The notes under the pieces are model-generated. The model saw nothing but the letters and a program-made list of their open reading frames with translations. It did no database searches and was not told the DNA's origin. This document shows positions 38,596 to 51,300 of a stretch of 64,000 bases of DNA, piece by piece; the stretch's first letter is position 1; every line of letters starts with the position of its first letter. Where the stretch lies: assembly GCF_006345805.1 (NCBI RefSeq), contig NC_043012.1, forward strand, positions 48,794,001 through 48,858,000. The letters run 5' to 3'. Position numbers and translations under genes: made by a program. Source of the DNA: Octopus sinensis. Lineage: Eukaryota.

Positions 38596-39175
38596 TCTTT
38601 TACTTGTTTCAGTCATTTCGCTGCGGCCATGCTGGAGCACCGCCTTTAGTTGCGCTAATCGACTCCAGGACTTATTCTCTGTAAGCCTAGTACTTATTCT
38701 ATTGGTCCCTTTCTGCCGAACCACTAAATTACGGAGACGTAAAAGCACCAGCATCATTTGCCAAGCGATGTTGAGGGAACAAACACAGACAAACAAACGC
38801 ACACACACAAACACTCACACACACACACAAACACACACAAACAAAAACGCACACACACATATATATATACGCGATGGGCCATCTTCAGCTTCCGTCCACT
38901 AATTCCATTCAGAAGGCTTTGATCAGCCTAAGGCTATAGCAGAAGACACTTTCTCAAGGTGACACGCAGTGGGACTGATCCCGGAACCATGTGGTTGGTA
39001 AGCAAGCTACTCACGGTGACCTTCCACAGTTTACGTCTACCAAATTCACTCACAATGCATTGTTTGATTCGGGGCTATAGAAAACGCTTGCCCAAAGAGC
39101 CGCGCAGTAGAACTGAACACGAAACCGCGTGGTTCCGAAATGAGCTTCTTAACAACGCAGCCATGCCTGCGCCCA
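38596..39175 (-). mobile_element. SINE family A plus an extra 5' half
   Basis: Full copy 38596-39015; second head fragment ~39030-39175. Confidence 0.85.
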
Positions 39176-39893
39176 TTGCTTGTAGGTGAGGATTCCTGGC
39201 CATCGTATCTCTTAGTTACATCCATCTCTGATGTAGTATTTCTATTAACCCTTGTATACACCGAACTCCAAGAGAGCCTTGAACTAAGATTTATTTCACT
39301 TTGACCCTTTCTTTTCTTATCTGTTACGGAACAGTGTGATATGAAAATTTTTACTGCTTTTTCTAGCATGTCAATCGGTTTCTTGGTTAGCGTCACGTTA
39401 TTTTAGCAAGAGTGCATCATATAATTTAACATGTATCACAGACCAATAGAATTCAAATTATACATACATATACACAGGTAGTGTACGTGTGCGTGTGTTT
39501 GTGCGTGCGTATGTACGTGTATATGCGTGTGTGTGTATGAGTGATTGTGTGTGTGTGTGTGTGTGTGCGTGAGCGTGTGTATGTGTGTGCAAGAATGTGT
39601 GTGTGTATGTGTGTATGCGTGTGTGTACGTGTGTTTGTATGTGTGTGCGTGCGTGTGTGTATGTCTGTATGCATGTGTGTATGTGTGTGCGTGTGTGTGT
39701 ATCTGTGTGTGCGTACGCGCGTGTATGTATGTGTGTATGGATGTATGTGTGTGCGTGAGTATAGCTTAGATTTCTCTCGAAATTGGCCAATGCCTGATTC
39801 AAAAACCGTTTAGACTTTACCTTTTATAAAAAAGTACGTGTGTGCACAAACAAAATAAGTAAGTTTCTACTTCTAATGACAGAACACTTTCTA

Positions 39894-40021
39894 AATTTTT
39901 AGTAAATAATCGGATGATAATATATTTCAGCATTTTGGCCATTAGACTTCGATCTATCTGTATGAAGCATCCAACATGATGGGTGAAACTATTCCTCTCT
40001 CATCCAACGCTATCATTACGA
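39894..40021 (+). repeat. ~128-bp dispersed direct repeat, copy 1
   Basis: About 85% identical to 42450-42581. Confidence 0.85.
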
Positions 40022-40200
40022 TTTGGTTAAACAACTGGAATTATTTCTCTTGTTTGTGTTTCCTCTATTATTTTGTTCGTATTCCCATCACTGGGGTTTT
40101 TAGGGTTCTCTTTACTTCCTTTATTGTCAGCTGTTGTTGAAGCAGGGATTTTTATATCCTTATTAACCTTTGTTTTTGTCATTGATTAGTTTTTTTACTC

Positions 40201-40615
40201 TGGCTGTTTTGTAAGTAACTTGCTTACCAGCCACATAGTTCCGGGTTCAGTCCCACTGTGTGGCACCTTGGGCATGTGTCTTCTACTATAGCCTCGGGCA
40301 GACCAAAGCCTTGTGAGTGGATTTGGTAGACGGAAACTGAAAGAAGCCCGTCGTATATATGTATATATATATATATGTGTGTGTGTGTGTGCGTGTTTGT
40401 GTGTCTGTGATTGTCCTCCCCCAGCATCGCTTGACAAACGATGCTGGTGTGTTTACGTCCCCGTAACTTAGCGGTTCGGTAAAAAGAGGCCGATAAAATA
40501 AGTACTAGACTTACAAAGAATAAGTACTGGGATCGATTTGCTCGACTAAAGGCGGTACTCCAGCATGGCCGCAGTCAAATGACTGAAACAAGTAAAAGAG
40601 TAAAAGAGTAAAAGA
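40201..40615 (+). mobile_element. SINE family A, full length and young-looking
   Basis: Complete head, internal (TA)(TG) tract and (gtaaaaga)n tail. Confidence 0.92.
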
Positions 40616-40747
40616 GTTCCTAAAATTTAATTAAAAATTTTTTTTTTATAAGATGACCGCTAAGTAATTATGCAGTGTTGTACACTAATTAATGTGGATA
40701 GACAATTTATTTTCTTTCTTTTTGATATTACATAAGTTTTTTTCTAA

Positions 40748-41145
40748 GGCGTCGAGCTAGCAGAATCGTAAGCAGATCGTGCAAAATGTTTACGTTCTGA
40801 GTCCAGATTCCACTGAGACTGAGTTGTCCTTTCGGAGTTGAGAAAATAAGTACCAGTTGAAGGCGTGGGTCAATGAAATCGACTTGTCCCTACTCCTGGC
40901 CTAGTGCCAACATTTCAAACCAATATTAAACAGTTTTTTTCTTTTCAGAATCGTTAGCACGCCGGGCAAAATGCTCAAAAGTATTTCGTCCATCTTTACG
41001 TTCTGAGTTCCCGTTCCATCGAGGTCGAATTTGCCTTTCGTCCTTTCGCTGTCGATAAAATAAATATCAGTTGAGCAGTGGGGTCGATTTAATTGACTTA
41101 GCTCCTCTCCTGAAATTGCTGATCTTGTAACCAAAATTTAAAACC
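40748..41145 (+). mobile_element. Two decayed SINE family B copies
   Basis: Heads at ~40748 and ~40945. Confidence 0.75.
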
Positions 41146-41784
41146 AATATTACGCTAGGTTTAAACTTGTAACCGAACTTCATATTTATTATGAAAACTG
41201 AATTATGATATCCACTGAATTACGCAGCGAAACTATTTCAAACTTCATATTTACGATATTTTAAATTTATTTTCATTTTTTAAAAATAAATTATTATTTA
41301 ACTTCTGTTTTTTTTCTTTCACTTCAAATATTAGTCTTGATTACTTTGTAAATGGAGTCAGTTTTGCTTATTTAGCACATCCAGACAGTTTTCTTATGGT
41401 TTCTTAGGAATGCTTTGATATCATTTCGCTCATATACTTTCCTTTTCCACATGTTATTCCGCTAATTAAAACGTATTCAAGGTTTGTTATGTAAAATTTC
41501 GTCATTGTTCTATATATATATGTATGTTTTTTCGTCACTATGAAAATATTTCTACAATAGTCATAAAAAAAAACGATTTTATATGCTTTCAAATCATTTT
41601 AGTTGTTATACTAACATATTCTAAGATATCATTTCACGTTGGTTTGGTAAATTACTTCGACAGTGGAAAATTTTGATTTACTTTCTACTTCCCGAGCCGA
41701 CACGGTGAGTCTGTATGGCGTCGCTCAACCAACAATAATAGTAACCAAATATTTCTAAAAAACACCATCGTTTTAAATAGAGAG

Positions 41785-42123
41785 CAGGGGTTCTCAACCA
41801 CTTCTTTTTTTTATCTATGGACCTTTTTAATTACTATATTCAGCTGGACTCCTATAGCCATACCATGTTTAAAAACTCCTTTCGAATTTCCTATTTTGTT
41901 TTTCACACATTCAGTTGTGTAGGTCGAAACTATGTAACACGTTCGATAAAGAAATATAGCTCTTCTTTTAAAATACGTAACAATACATACATCTAAAGCA
42001 AATGTTTTTCAGGGGTCCTTAAAATACTATTGTGGACCCCCAATTTACTATTTTATTATATGGATCCCACAAAATCTTACAAGGATCCTCAGGGGCCATA
42101 TAAACCCCGGTTGAGAACCGCTG
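41785..42123. mobile_element. hAT (Charlie-like) MITE
   Basis: TIRs caggggttctcaacc and ggttgagaaccgctg; 8-bp flanks atagagag / atatagag (7 of 8 match). Confidence 0.85.
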
Positions 42124-42449
42124 ATATAGAGGGATACATGAAACACAGTATAGAGCTGGATATAAAGATGACAACAAGCGGAACTTCTTTCGCTATTGGT
42201 CTCCTTGATATGGGGCAAACTGTGGTTAGAATACAAGATCAACGTTCTGTTTTTATTTTTGTTTCTCCATATATTTTCCAACTCAAATGTGTACAATTTA
42301 AAAGTGATATATAGTCTGTAGTTCAACTTTTATTCCTTCCCATCACCAGGTTTTAAGCTGTTACCTCCTTTTATCCGTACAATTTTTTTACTCTATTCAG
42401 ATTCAGCGATATTTATATACGTATATCTTGTCAATTTGTTCTTTAAAAC

Positions 42450-42581
42450 AATTTTTTTAGTAAATAAATGGATGAAGATATATTTCAACATTTTGGCCTT
42501 TAGACTTCGATTTATCTGTATGCAACATCTAACATGATGGGTGAAATTATTCCTCTCTCATTCAACACTACCATTACGAGT
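42450..42581 (+). repeat. ~128-bp dispersed direct repeat, copy 2
   Basis: See 39894-40021. Confidence 0.85.
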
Positions 42582-42828
42582 GACATTCTACTGATGCAAC
42601 GTTTGTGAAGTCAGCCATGAATGTACAGTCCCTGAGAACAAGTCACAGTCTCTTTATGTCAAATACTCAGCAAACGTATAGAAAGCAAATTAGATGCTAT
42701 ATTCCAGTGTATTATAAACAGTGGCAACTCTGGGTGTCTATGGCGGCAGATGTGAACCAGATCTCCATTGAACAAATTGTCCCTTTCAGTTTAAGAAAAG
42801 TTTTCTGCCAGATTTTGTTTGTAACCAT

Positions 42829-42950
42829 GTTTACTTAGAAAAATCAAAATAAATTTCGTGAAGTAGATGTCAACGGCGGAATACAGTGTTTACTTAGAAA
42901 AATCAAAATAAATTTCGTGAAGTAGATGTCAACGGCGGAATACAGTGTTT
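42829..42950. repeat. Perfect 59-bp tandem duplication
   Basis: gtttacttagaaaaatc...gcggaatacagt occurs twice. Confidence 0.97.
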
Positions 42951-43066
42951 TCTCATGTTCAATTGTTTATACACTGTTCAATGGGAAACAGTGTAAATAA
43001 CTTACATAGAGGATTAATGATGAGCTGTATTGCTTTTAAACAAGAAATATAATTACATCAGGGGTG

Positions 43067-43439
43067 TCTCTTTTACTCTTTTACTTGTTTCAGTCATTTG
43101 ACTGCGGCCATGTTGGAGCACCGCATTTAGTCGAGAAAATCGACCCCAGGACTTATTCTTTGTAAGCCTAGTACTTATTCTATTGGTCATTTTTGCCGAA
43201 CCGCTAAGTTGCGGGGACGTAAACACACCAGCATCGGTTGTCAAGCGATGTTGCGGGAGGACAATCACAGACACATATATATGCATATACATATATACGA
43301 CGGGCTTCTTTCAGTTTCCGTCTACCAAATCCACTCACAAGGTTTTGTTCGGCATAGTAGAAGACACTTGCCAAAGGTGCCACGCAGTGGGACTGAACTC
43401 GGAACCATGTGGTTGGTAAGCAAGCTACTTACCACACAG
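43067..43439 (-). mobile_element. SINE family A, full length
   Basis: Reverse complement of the family consensus. Confidence 0.9.
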
Positions 43440-44458
43440 TTACTTCTGTGCCCTGTGTGTATAAATATTCTGCACCTATGTGTATAAATATTCTGTTTTT
43501 CAGAAGTACAATCTCAGACATTTGTTACAGATCTTTCTTTTAACACAATGAGTCTCAGCTTTAATGATAGATAGCGGGATTACTAAAAGCGTTGGGAGAC
43601 CAATATGGTTTAACATAACTGAAATAATTATTGTAGGAGATTGTTCAGAAAGCGAGAAACTGGTAACGAACTGGCAGAATCATTACAAAGTAAGCGAAAT
43701 ATAATGTATCGCGGTGATCGTAGGTTTTAGGCTGCTTTTATAAAATGATTTACTTGACCTGGACTCACCAACAGCAACCCCTTAAGAAGCCCTATAAGAA
43801 GACCCTCTTATAGGAGCTATTATTAAAAATCTCCTTACTCTGACACGACGCGTCTGAAGATGTAGTTGCAAACTTTTTCCTAAGAAACTGAATAATGTGA
43901 AGCTGCCTTAAATTCCTACTCAATAAACTCGCTACTCAAACTACGTGTGTCGAGTGCTAATTTATTTCTTTTGCCTACCCGTATAACTGTTTATCTTGTA
44001 ACTGTTTACCCGTATAATTCTCTTTCGTGCGCTACTCATAAGCAAGTTATAAACGGTTAATGATGAAGTAAAAAATTTAATCAACATATCCTTTTGAGTA
44101 AACGGAAAGAAGTGATCGAGCCTACTTTCTCAAAACGATGACAGCCAGAAACATAACGAAAAGGATTTCGCCAGATTAACACTGCGGATTCAGTTGTTTT
44201 GATCTTCGTATATAGCCAAAATACACACGAAGTACATGCATTGGTTGCAGCCAATACAGTTGTAATAATAGTTGTTATGTGTAATGGCTTTGAATATAAC
44301 ATTTACAGTTCATGGACCTTTCATTCTAATACGAGGATAATCGTTAGTTAACTTTTAATCTGTAAGTTCGGGAACCTGTATTTTGCTAAGAATATCTGTT
44401 TTCATTACATGTTCTTTGACCGCAATAACCAGTTGCTATGTATGTGTGTATATATGTA

Positions 44459-44577
<119 letters not shown>

Positions 44578-46017
44578 GTATATATATATACATATATACA
44601 TACATACTTACACACATACGTATGTACATACAAACATAAGTTATAAATATGTATGTATATATGTAACATGACGAGATGACTGGTAAAAGAGACTAAATGA
44701 AAGGGAGATGATGATGATGATGATGATGATGATGATAAACGTGACGCCAACAAACTGAGGTGCGCAAGCGAGTGTGTTTATGTGAGAATGGTGTGTGTGA
44801 GTGTGTATGTGTGAATGAGGGTGAGTGTGTGAGTAAGTATGTGAGAGCGGGCTGAAAATTATGTGGATATGTGTGTGTATGTATGTGTATAAGTAACCCA
44901 GCGTGTATATAATGTAGAGTGATATGCATTCCATGTACTGGTATGGATGAGTGTGTGCGTGTGGACGTGTGCATGTATGTATGTGTAGGGTTAAGTGTGT
45001 GTGCAAGCGCATGGGGATCTGTGTGTGTGTATTTGTACAAGTAACCTAGTGTATTCATTGCGTGGAGTGATGTGCGTTTTGTGTATTTGTGTGTGCGTAT
45101 GGACGGCTGAATATGTGTGAGTATGCGTTTGGACAGGTATATATGTGTGAAGCTAACTTGTGTGTATGTGTGTGTGTTGAGTGTGGCAGTTGATTTGTGC
45201 TTGTTCAGGTGGTGTGTGCAGGGGTGTATGTGTGTGTGTGTGTGTGTGTTTGTGACCAAATAGTGTACATGTGTATAGTGTATGTCTGCGGGCGAAAGTT
45301 CTGTGTGTCTATGCATGTTGCGTGTGTTTATGCATGCGTATATATTGTCTGTGTTCAGGTATAATGCGCTTGTGCGGGTGTGGGAGTGTGCATGATGGTG
45401 AGCAGTGTGTGCACCAAGTTAAACAGGGTATAGTCGTATAGGCTGCTCGTATAGTAGTATGTGTGGGGACGCTATTGAAGATTGGGTGTGTGGATGTGTG
45501 GATATAGAAATAGATAGATAAATACACATGCAAACATTCGAACGTATGCATGTATGTCGTATGCATGCATGGCAGTGTATGTATGTGTGCGTGTGTATGT
45601 GTGTGTGTGTATGTGTGTGTGTGTGAGTGTATGTGTGTTTACGCGTGCGTGCCAGTATACAATGAAGAAATATGAAATATGTACCTTCTGCGCGTCCTTC
45701 ATCATACATTCCCATCTGTCTGACGTCTGCAATTTGTTCCACGCTGTTTGAAGTTCCTATATATATATATATATATATATTTCAACAATTGAGGGTAAAA
45801 TTAATTAATTAATCAATTTCACCAAGTATTCAGTATGCAAAGGGACCATTTAAGGCGAATTCAAATTATTACATTATATAAAAGGCTTAGTAAAATAAAT
45901 TACTTTGCCGCATACTGAACTCATTAGAAATAGCAGCTAAAAAAACTTTTTTAAAAACTATTTCCGATACTTAAAGAACCTCTCTCATATAGTGTTTGCT
46001 CAACTCAACCCACGAAA

Positions 46018-46051
<34 letters not shown>

Positions 46052-46148
46052 CGGGAAGCTTTATGAAAATAGACAAAAGACGAAGGCAGGTGGAAAACAA
46101 ACGAGCAATTGTATTAGTATGGCGCTCAGGAAATATAAATAAAACAAG

Positions 46149-46186
46149 TCTTTAACGTTTCGAGCCTACGCTCTTCAACAGAAAGA
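46149..46186 (-). ncRNA. Minimal hammerhead-like motif, family C
   Basis: Minus strand: TCTTT-CTGTTGA-A-GAGC(GTAG)GCTC-GAAA-CG-TT-AAAGA. Stem I 5 bp, stem II 4 bp, palindromic AACGTT stem III. Confidence 0.55.
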
Positions 46187-46827
46187 TACACAGAGAGAAA
46201 AAAAACACAGAAAGAAGGAGAGAAAAAAAATGCGTGCAGTAGCTAACGAATCAACATGGCGATCTGATTTCAGCCAGAGGTCAAAGATCAAACATGAGAC
46301 GCGAGAGCGAAATAAGGGGAGATAATAGGGTTGATAATAGGGTTGATAATAGGGTTGATAATAGGGTTGAAGAACCAGCTAATAGTGCGTAGGAGGGGTC
46401 TGGACGTGTGTATGTATAGGGTTGGTGTATGTATTAGTATGTATAAGGGTGTGATGTGTAAAGTCGTGTGGTGTAGTGAGGAGTAGAGGGGGAGGGGAGA
46501 AGAGGGGGAAGAGGAGAGGATGGGGGAGAGAGGAGGGGGAGAAGGAAGTATGTATTAGTATGTATTAGTACGTATTAGTATGTATTAGTTGGTGTATGTA
46601 TTAGTATGGCACATCATATATGATGTGATGTGTAAAGTCGTGTGGTGTAGTGAGGAGAAGAGGGGGAGGGGAGAAGAGGGGGAAGAGAAGGTGAGGGGAA
46701 GAAGAGGGGGAAGAGGAGAGATGGGGGAGAGAGGGGGGGAGAAGGAAGGGGAGGAGGGGGGAGGAAGGAGGAAAGAGGGAGAGAGAAGGGGAGTGAGGGA
46801 GCATTCATACATATATATATACATTCA

Positions 46828-46858
<31 letters not shown>

Positions 46859-46880
46859 CATATGTATATATATGTGTCTG

Positions 46881-46928
<48 letters not shown>

Positions 46929-46930
46929 TG

Positions 46931-47009
<79 letters not shown>

Positions 47010-47044
47010 GTATGAATGTATATATATATATATATATATGCATG

Positions 47045-47076
<32 letters not shown>

Positions 47077-47095
47077 TATATACATATATATTAAG

Positions 47096-47255
47096 TAGAT
47101 TACATCGACCCCAGTGTTTCTCTGGTACTTAGTTATCGACCCCCGAAAGGATGAAAAGTAAAGTCGACTTTGAACTCAGGGCGTGGTAGCTCAGAATGTA
47201 GTAACGGGTGAAACTCCGCTAAGCATTTCATTCAGCGTGATAACGATTCAATCAA
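47096..47255 (-). mobile_element. SINE family B, partial
   Basis: gattacatcgaccccag...cgaaaggatgaaaagtaaagtcgac. Confidence 0.75.
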
Positions 47256-47273
47256 CTCGCGGCCTTAATAATG

Positions 47274-47332
<59 letters not shown>

Positions 47333-47333
<1 letters not shown>

Positions 47334-47778
47334 TAGATAGAGAAGTTAAGGCCAATAGGCGGGATATTGTTGTCAGAGATCACCAAGAAAAAATGCTTTC
47401 TAATCGATGTATCAATACCAACAGATGATAATGTTTCTCTAAAAGTAACGGAGAAACTTTCAAAATACAAAGATCTGGAAACAGAGGTAACTCGAGTGTT
47501 GAGTTTAAAACCAGAAACAGTTCCTATCATTGTAGGCGCATTAAGTATGATAAAAAAAAACATTCAGACAAATACATAACAAAAACACCAGGGCTTACAA
47601 GTACACAGTATACAACATACAGAAAACAGCACTACTAGGCACCGTACACATCGTATGTAAAACACTTTCAATACAGTAAAAGTAAGAGCATCACAACAAA
47701 CCACAGTACATACCCAAGGCACACAGAGCTGCGCTCGGTAGTGTAGTGAAAGTACGTGATAAAAATAAGGCTACTGAA
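47333..47778 (+). mobile_element. R4/Dong-like non-LTR retrotransposon 3' end inserted in (TAA)n
   Basis: IDREVKANRRDIVVRD...KCFLIDVSIPTDDNVSLKVTEKLSKYKDLETEVTRVLSLKPETVPIIVGAL (PD-(D/E)xK restriction-like endonuclease); (AAT)n on the 5' side and gataataataat on the 3' side. Confidence 0.88.
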
Positions 47779-49734
47779 TGATAATAATAATGACAGCAAC
47801 AATAACATCAACAACGACAGCGACAGTGAGCTGGCAGAGTCGTTAGAATATTGCAAAAATGCCTTGCTGCATTTGTTCTGATTCCTTACTTTCTGCGTTC
47901 AAATCCCACCGAGACCAACTTTGACTTTCTGCTTTATGTTATAGTACCAGTCATGTACTAAGACCGAAGGCCTCGACTAATCCATTCCCTTTAGAACTTC
48001 TAACTTTGTCTCTAAATCAGAAATAATTGTAATTATTGTGGCTGTTTTTGTTGTCGTTGTTATCTGGGCAATTCTTGCTTTTTATTAGCGTCCTTCTAAT
48101 GTTCTAGATGTTGTCATTGCTGTTTTGTTGAATCTGTTGTTTGTCGCCGACCTAGTTCGTAATTACAATAAGCATTGCCTTCGCCGGCATTGTAACTTTT
48201 AATTAATTTGTTTCACTTATGTCGTTATCGCAGATGTTGCTACGGTTGTTGGCGTTGTAACTGTTGTTGTTGTTGTTGTTGTAACTGTTATTATTGCTGT
48301 TTTTATTTGTTGTTGTTGTTGTTGTTGTTGTCTATTGTCAGTGTTGTTTCACTCGCTCTCAACACCAGTGCACATTGCCTGCCTCTCTACGTCAAGCACT
48401 ATGCTCAATTTTGAATGCAAACGTGGGACAACAGCAGAGATATTTCTTTACTTTCATAGCCTCATCTCTAGTGTGTTCCATACATAGGTCCGTTTTGTTT
48501 TACTATAGAAATAAGAGGGCGGGCACTGAATCGCATCTCAGACGTTTTCCTTCTTATGCAATTGAACAATTTATCTTCAAATAATATTTGATGTATGCAT
48601 TGTAATTTGCATTCATCCATTCTTTTCAATGCTGCTGCTGTTAGTGGTGCCTACACCGGAGAATTGTACAAGTCTGCTGGGTCAGGCCGTTGATATCAAG
48701 TGTCTTGTCAATAGAAACAATGCAATACCATTCAAAGAAGACGAATCACTCTCAGCGTGTTCTTCAGTAACCTATCAGCTTTACTGTCACTTGGTTGCTG
48801 TTGTTGCTGTTGTTGTTGCTGTTGTTTTCAGTTCTGGAGCTACTGTCACAGCTGTTGCTGTCCACTAATTCTTATCGTTGTCGTGAATGGTTTGTTTTTA
48901 TGGGGTAACAAAGAGACGTGACCTGTTTCAACGCCTATCTAAAGTACTTTAGTGACTGTCAATGCTTGCTACATGCAGTGCTTCTTTTTATAGTTTAGTC
49001 ATGGAGGGAAGGGCAGCGCCCCTGACACTTTACAGGGCCTACGATGTTGGTGAATGGAGGAGTGTAAACTATATTCACAACAACAACCTGGCATGCATGC
49101 CTGCAAATGAACGGATTCTTTCTTAAAAGCAGTGAAGGGCCAGATGGTGGTGTGAGACCAAGTGACAAATTCTACGACTGTTATTGTTGCAAAACATGTT
49201 TTTAGTATAAAAATAGATGAATTGTTTGGGCGATTTTTGAGGTTCTATTATAGTATAGTCTAGGGTCTGCAAGCATCTGTGTAAAGTAATTGTGTGTATA
49301 TGTGTGCATTATCTAATTTAGTATTCATGAATATTTGTATAATGTACTTTAATATCTGTGAAGGATAGTGTAATGTACTTTAGTGTCTGCGCGTGTTACT
49401 GTTGAGAACATTAATGTCGCTGAGTGATACTGCAATATACTTTCACGAGTTTAAATGATTGTACAATGTAGTGTAGTTTTTTGTGAATATTAGTATTTGC
49501 GTTAGTGTAATGTAATTTAGTACCCATCAGTTTTCGTGCAACATAGTTTAGTATCTGAGAGTATTAGTGTAATGTATTAGGTTGTTCTGAAAATAATGGC
49601 CACTCTAAGTGTTGTGTTTTGAAACGCAATTTTATCATAGTATTTTCATTATATTTTAGGTGAAATGATGTATGCTCTTTAATAATTTTCTACTTATTTC
49701 AGACAGAAAATATTCTTGAAGCATAGGTACCCTT

Positions 49735-50660
49735 ATGAATATGACAAAAAAGGACCTTCGCTTACTTTTCTTGCATGAGTTGAAGCTTGGGCACATTGCC
49801 CCCCCCCCCCCCAAAAAAAAAAACTGCTACCAATATTAACAGAGCATAGGGAGAGTGGTCCACAAGTGATCGCACAGTACGAAGGTGGTTTCAGAAATTC
49901 CGTAGTGGTGATGGGAGTCGAAAGTAGAGGACAGTCATGTAGTGTTGACAATGAACAATTGAAAGTAATTGTTGAACAAAACCCAAGTCAAAGTATCAGA
50001 AAAATGTCTCAGGCACTTGGTGTCGGTATTATAACGGTCTCACGCAATCTGCAGAAGATTGGTAAGGTGAAAAAACTCGATAAATAGGTACCGCATGTGC
50101 TCAAGGAAAATCAAAAGTTCGGCGTTTTGAAGTGTGCTCGATGCTCTTTCTGCGAAGCACCAATGGTCATTTTCTTGACCAAATAGTCACTTTTGACAAA
50201 AAGTGGATAACCGTAAACAATCAGGTCAATGGCTTGGTCGTGATGAGTTCCCCAAACATTTCCCAAAGCCAAAATTGCATCAGCAAAAGATTATGGTGCC
50301 TGTCTGGTGGTCTGCAATTGGTCGTGTCCAATACAGCTTTCTAGAAGCCAATCAGAGCATTACAGCAGAAGTTTACTGCAATCAACTCGCTGAAATGCGT
50401 ACTTATTTGCAAAAGATGAGATCTGCATTGGTGAATAGGCGTGGCTCAATTCTGCTCCACGATAATGCAAAGCTACATGTTGCAAGAATGACGCTGCAGA
50501 AACTCACAGACTTGGGATACGAGACTTTACCACATCTTTCATATTCTCCTGATCTTTCACCCACTGACTCATTTTTTAAAATGCTTTTAAACACGTTTTT
50601 AAGTGACTAAACTTTCAGGTTCAAACCAGAGATAGAATCAGCTTTTGATGAAAGGTCTAC
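49735..50660 (+). pseudogene. Nearly full-length decayed mariner transposase
   Basis: MTKKDLRLLFLHELKLG...TVRRWFQKFRSGD...IVTFDKKWI...KIMVPVWWS...ILLHDNAKLHVA...LPHLSYSPDLSPTD with several stops and frameshifts. Confidence 0.93.
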
Positions 50661-50779
50661 AGAATTAGGGATTGTGTGGGGATAGCCCGCAAGAAATTGA
50701 TTACAACTGCAACATTTTCTGTACCGTCATCTTACTCTCTCATCAGCACAACAATCTCACCATCAAACACCACAGCTAA

Positions 50780-51300
50780 TCCTGTCAGCCATTATCGCAA
50801 ATATTACAACTACCACCAAACCGCTACCAACACCAACACCAACACCAGCACCGTGAATACTGACATCATCGCGTCTAGCATAACCATTCTCCGCTACCAT
50901 CACAATCAGATAGAATCATTAGAACTATCAGTGTCACCACTAAATTTCCATTGCTACTAAATAACATTATCACAACCACCACCACCAACACCACCAGCAG
51001 AAGCAACCACCACCAGCACCAACAACAACAACAATAATATCACCACCTCCAACACCACTACCAGCACCATCACCACCAGCACAATCACCAACACCACCAC
51101 CAGCACTATCATTACCATCACCCCCAAGACCACCACCACCATCACCGCTGCCGTCGATACTACCGCCGCTGTCGCCGCCACCACCACCGTCGTCCCCACC
51201 ACCACTACCACCTACATTACCATCATCATCATCACTACAGTCACGACGGCCACCCCACCATCACTGTCGCCTCTGTCGTTCCCACCACAATAACCTCGAT
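50780..51300. repeat. (CAC/CAA/CAT)n low-complexity tract
   Basis: Direct reading. Confidence 0.85.

Noticed and set aside
45890-45945. CTAATGA...CAAA on the minus strand as a hammerhead
   Set aside because: Stem III pairs, but G5 and G12 are both changed and stems I and II are poor.
46480-46800. G-quadruplex-prone purine tracts as a regulatory element
   Set aside because: Low-complexity, imperfectly duplicated sequence with no promoter or gene context.
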